The notes under the pieces: generated by a model
Database searches by the model: none
Told to the model about the DNA's origin: nothing
The model's input: the letters and a program-made list of their open reading frames with translations, nothing else
Source: Monocercomonoides exilis PA203
Taxonomy: Eukaryota > Protista > Preaxostyla
DNA: 64,000 nucleotides
Direction of reading: 5' to 3'
NCBI GenBank assembly: GCA_001643675.2
Contig: LSRY02000005.1
Coordinates: forward strand, 1,860,001 to 1,924,000
Translations under genes and position numbers: made by a program
Shown here: positions 60,201 to 64,000 of the stretch, in pieces
How the letters are laid out: each line of letters starts with the position of its first letter
Position numbering within the stretch: the stretch's first letter is position 1

Positions 60201-62782
60201 TAAATCCATCTCTTCATACCCTCCTTTTCCTGCTTGTGTTCCAATCTTCTTTTGACTTCCTCCTTTCTTCCTCGTCTTCGATGCTCCCTTTCCATTCAGA
60301 TTTGTCAACGAAATAGTCAGTTCTGCTTCATCTTTTTCTTCCTCTCTTTCTCCTCCTTCTCCTTCTTCTTCTTTCTGTCTTTTGTTCTTCTTCTTCTTCT
60401 TCCCCACATGATGATAACTCATCTGCTTTCTTTTTGTTGTCTTTCTTTTCGAAGTTTTGTCTTCCTTCACATCATCAAGTGCAAAGAGCATCGCATACAC
60501 CTCTTTGGAAGCAGCTTTGCCTATCACAGATCTTCTGCCTGAATGTAATGAAGAAGAAGAGGAAGAAGAAGAGGAAAAAGGAGGAGGAGAGGAAGAAGAA
60601 GCTGTTGAATATCTCACCATCGCCTCATCATCTTCTTCTTCTGCTGGAACAACACCCACTTTCATTCCCTTCTGTTCTGTGTGCGTTTTCTTTGCCTTTT
60701 CTGGCTTCATTTCAGAAAGCTCATCAAAATCAATCGAATCATCATCTTCTTTATCTTCTTCTTTATCTTCTTCTTCGTCGTCGTCAAACAGACTCGAATC
60801 TTCGCTGATTTCTTCATCAACTTTATCAGCATTGGTGTTGCTTCTTTCCTCTTTCTTTGGAGATTCATTTGTGTCTTGTTGGAGTGACGTGAGGGTTTTT
60901 ATTGCTTCATTTGAGGAAGAAGAAGAAGAAGAAAGTAAAGTTTTTGATACGTCAGATGATGTGGAAGCATGTGTCAATACATCTGCCTCATCTTTTATTG
61001 AACTGAATTCATCTTCTGTTTCCAACCCACTTCCATTCAATGTCTGATGACTTTCACTGGATTTCCCTTTCCTTCTGTGAAAACTACTTCTACCGTTATT
61101 ATTATTATTATTATTGGTTGCTGAATATGAAAAGTTCTCTTTCAAATTTTGTGTCTTTCCTTCTTCACCAAATTCAGCTGCTGTTGCTGGCGCTGCTTCG
61201 GCTGAGGTGATTTCGCTTATCATTTTCAGCAGCTTCTCATCCACTTTCTGCAGAAGCTCATTCGAATCGATGCTAATCTCACTAATGTCCCCATCTATTG
61301 CATCGTCGTTCTCTTTGCCTTTCTCTTTCTCTTTCTCTTTGTTTCTTTCTTTTCCTCCTCCTTTTCCTCCTCCTTTATCATCATCTTTTTCTTTTTCTTT
61401 TTCTTTTTCTTTTTCCTCTTTTCTTTCGTTCTCTATTTCTTCCTTCCCTTCTCCTCTTTCTCCTTCTTCTTCTTCTTCCCTCATCTTCAACAGCATCGCT
61501 GCTTTCTCCTCTTCTCTCTTCAAAAGCGCGCTCATCTGCCTCCTTGCCTCTGACAGCATTCTCTTCTTTTCCTCCTTCAGCCGCTCTCTTTCTGCTTTCC
61601 TCTTCTCCTTCTCCTCCCTCTTCTTTTCCCGCTCTTCTTGTTTTCTCCGCTCTTTCTCTTCCCGCTTCATCCGCGTGAGGGAGGAAGAGGACGAAAACAG
61701 AGTGTAATTAATAGGGACGATCTTTCTGAGTGATAAGGCCTCTGAGGAAGATGGAGATGATGATGATGATGTAAATGTTGATATGGCATTGTATTCAAAC
61801 ACATTTTGAAAAGTATTTAAAATTGAAATTTTTTCAAAAAGATGCATGCCTCTTCTCTCTTTTCTTTTCGCTTCTTCTTCTTCGTTTGGCTCTTCATTTG
61901 ATTCTTTGCTTTGCTTATGCTGCTTGGAATTCTGCTCGTTTGCAGAGTCTGTGTTTGCGATTGTAGTCTCATGCTCTGAAATTGTGGATTCTTCAATTTT
62001 TTCATCAAATGCTAGCATTCGTGCAATTTCTATCTTTGTTGCTCTGCGTGTTCTTAATAAATGAAAAAATTAGAGAGAGAGAGAAGAAAAAAGAAAAGGA
62101 AGATAGAGATCAACAATTTCCAAAAAGAAAGATGAAAAGAAAACTCAAGTTTAGGAAGCATACCTTTTTGTTGTTTCTGCTGGTTGTGTTGGGTCGTTCC
62201 TCTGAAATAATTAATTTATGAGAATTTTTAAAATACAAAGCAACAAATTTTGTGTGCTTATACTGATTTTCTACAAAACGGACAATACCAATGGGGTAAG
62301 GTCTTTAATTCTGCTTGCCTTAACCTCACACATCTTAGATGAAACCTGTTTAAAAAAAGAATAAATTCTTGTCCAATTTCAACAATAATAATCATTAACC
62401 ATTCAAAACACTTTTCGCATTGTATCATTAGTCCTATTTCAAGATGATAATTTCAATTGATCCAAATCATAAAATGTTTACAGGAGAATATCAAATTTTG
62501 AAAAATTAAATTTGAAAAAATAGCAATTAACGAAGATTACAAAAGCAATTTCATAAAATTATATCACAAATTCATGATTTCATTATTTTCAATGATGGCT
62601 TCTCTAAAATACTTACCGTCATCCTTTCCTTGGCAGAAGCATGCTCTTCTCTCTTCCCTTGGAGTATCTTCAAAACGCGGAAATGAATTAATTTGTAGCT
62701 TCGTATTTCCATCTTCTTCAATCATTTTAATATCAGAAAATTGATCATCTTTTCGTAAACCAGTTTGTATTTCAATTTCCAT
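54669..62782 (-). CDS. PHD-finger and AT-hook chromatin protein with very long low-complexity body (about 2518 aa)
   Basis: Exons 62782-62617, 62433-62400, 62345-62264, 62201-62164, 62052-56279, 56131-54669, all frame-consistent. Spliced PHD: CFCQGKDDGLMIQCEKCFEWFHLRCV..LPHWYCPFC. AT-hook KRKRGRPKGSK. Many basic NLS-like runs. Confidence 0.85.
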
Positions 62783-62858
62783 AAAAATCTTTGAGAATTA
62801 TTTGGCTACTTTTGGGATGGAGCCATACTATAAATCATTAAATAATAAATTGATTGAA
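62783..62858. promoter_or_regulatory. Putative short bidirectional promoter (PHD gene / LSM4)
   Basis: 76 bp between divergent ATGs; contains CTATAAAT. Confidence 0.55.
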
Positions 62859-63504
62859 ATGCTTCCTTATGCAATTTTAAAATATGCAGTAAATCATCCT
62901 GTTGTATGTATCTTTTGTTTTCTCAAGTTTTTAAGTGGTTTATAATTTTTCATTTTGTGAAATAATTGTTTTAGATGATTGAATTGAAAAATGGGGAAAC
63001 GTACAATGGAAAATTATCATCATGCGATTTTTTAATGAATGTCACACTCTCTGATGTTATATGCACATCGAAGGTTTGAAGCGATGCAAATTGCCAAATT
63101 TTTTGCATTTGTTGATTATTTTTATTTGTCTCAAGGATGCGCTTCGCTTTTGGAAAATTGAATCATGTTCAATTCGAGGAAATGTTATCAAATCTATTCG
63201 TGTGACGGATGATGTATGCTATTTTTTTAAAATTGTTTTCTTTCATGTTCAATTCATATATGATTCAGACTCTTGCACTTGCTCAAATTGACGCAGATGC
63301 AATGGGAGGTTTGTCAAATACTTTGTGATATTTTCTTTTTTCATCAACTTGTTTTTTGATATTTTTATACTTTTATTCTTTTCTTTTTTCTTTTTTTGTT
63401 CAGCTGCGGCATTTGATAGTCAGTTTGATGGATCCAGAGGAAGAGGAAGAGGAAGGGGAGGGTTCAGAGGAAGGGGAAGTGGAAGAGGAAAAAGTTCGTA
63501 TTGA
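62859..63504 (+). CDS. LSM4: U6 snRNA-associated Sm-like protein LSm4
   Basis: Exons 62859-62903, 62975-63073, 63136-63213, 63269-63308, 63404-63504 (120 aa): [74 protein letters not shown], then an RG/RGG tail [20 protein letters not shown]. Confidence 0.93.
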
Positions 63505-64000
63505 TATTTCGCTTTTTCTTTTGATATGATTTAAAGAATAATTCAAAATGCAATTCAGTTTTCATTTCGCTTTGTTTTTTTTGCATAACACATGTTAATT
63601 ATTTGTTTTAATGTTTTAAAAAATAATAATTATTATAAATACATTCATTGTTTTTGTCATATTTATTTCCTTCAACAGCCCTCTAACCGCAAAACTATTC
63701 ACTGAATTTTTTTTTTTTCTAAGGTGAAAACCGAAATAATCAACTGTAACGTTTCAAAGTTATCAATTTCTTTTCCTTTTCGTATTTCAGATGAGGGAAA
63801 ATGCTTTTCAATCAAAAACACTTTTGAAATTCTTTTTAATAATCATCATAATGATTCATTTCCTTTATTTCGCATGAAACATAAATAAAAATGAATATTT
63901 TGAAACAAATGCGTAAAAGTTTCATGGTTTTTTTTGAAAATGAAACGATGCAGAAAAGTAGAGAAAAAGAAAGAAAAAAGAAAAGAAAGCAAACTTGAAG

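Noticed and set aside
58414-61707. Long plus-strand Ser/Phe/Leu-rich ORFs (e.g. 58414-59742)
   Set aside because: Antisense shadows of Glu/Lys-rich coding tracts of the PHD gene; no independent motifs.
1-64000. tRNA, rRNA or snRNA genes
   Set aside because: No cloverleaf or rRNA signature recognised by eye; tRNAscan-SE and Infernal/Rfam would be needed to exclude them.

Overview
AT-rich, intron-containing eukaryotic protist DNA using the standard code with GT-AG introns. Gene style and multicopy families suggest an oxymonad such as Monocercomonoides (inference). The ORF track misses or fragments several genes split into mini-exons, which I rebuilt by hand: a divergent GPI transamidase subunit PIG-T/Gpi16, LRMDA/C10orf11, LSm4, a PHD-finger/AT-hook chromatin protein and a giant Ser-rich protein with an N-terminal FKBP15-like PH/WH1 domain. 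Other genes are a TmcB-like multi-pass receptor ending in a hemerythrin-like domain, a USP4/11/15-like deubiquitinase with four copies of one ubiquitin-like domain, a long-chain acyl-CoA synthetase, a type I surface protein, a charged-helix protein and three copies of a lineage-specific helical family (two frameshifted). Mobile DNA includes a 404-bp fold-back MITE with TA TSD and a nested cluster at 33-37.3 kb: a truncated Tc1/IS630-like element, an intron-containing pogo-like DD35D pseudogene and a hAT-type MITE with 8-bp TSD. Top leads: the TmcB-hemerythrin receptor that lacks exactly the two O2-site histidines, the multi-UBL deubiquitinase, PIG-T lacking its Gpi8-linking Cys, and two very short head-to-head gene pairs (37 and 76 bp between ATGs).
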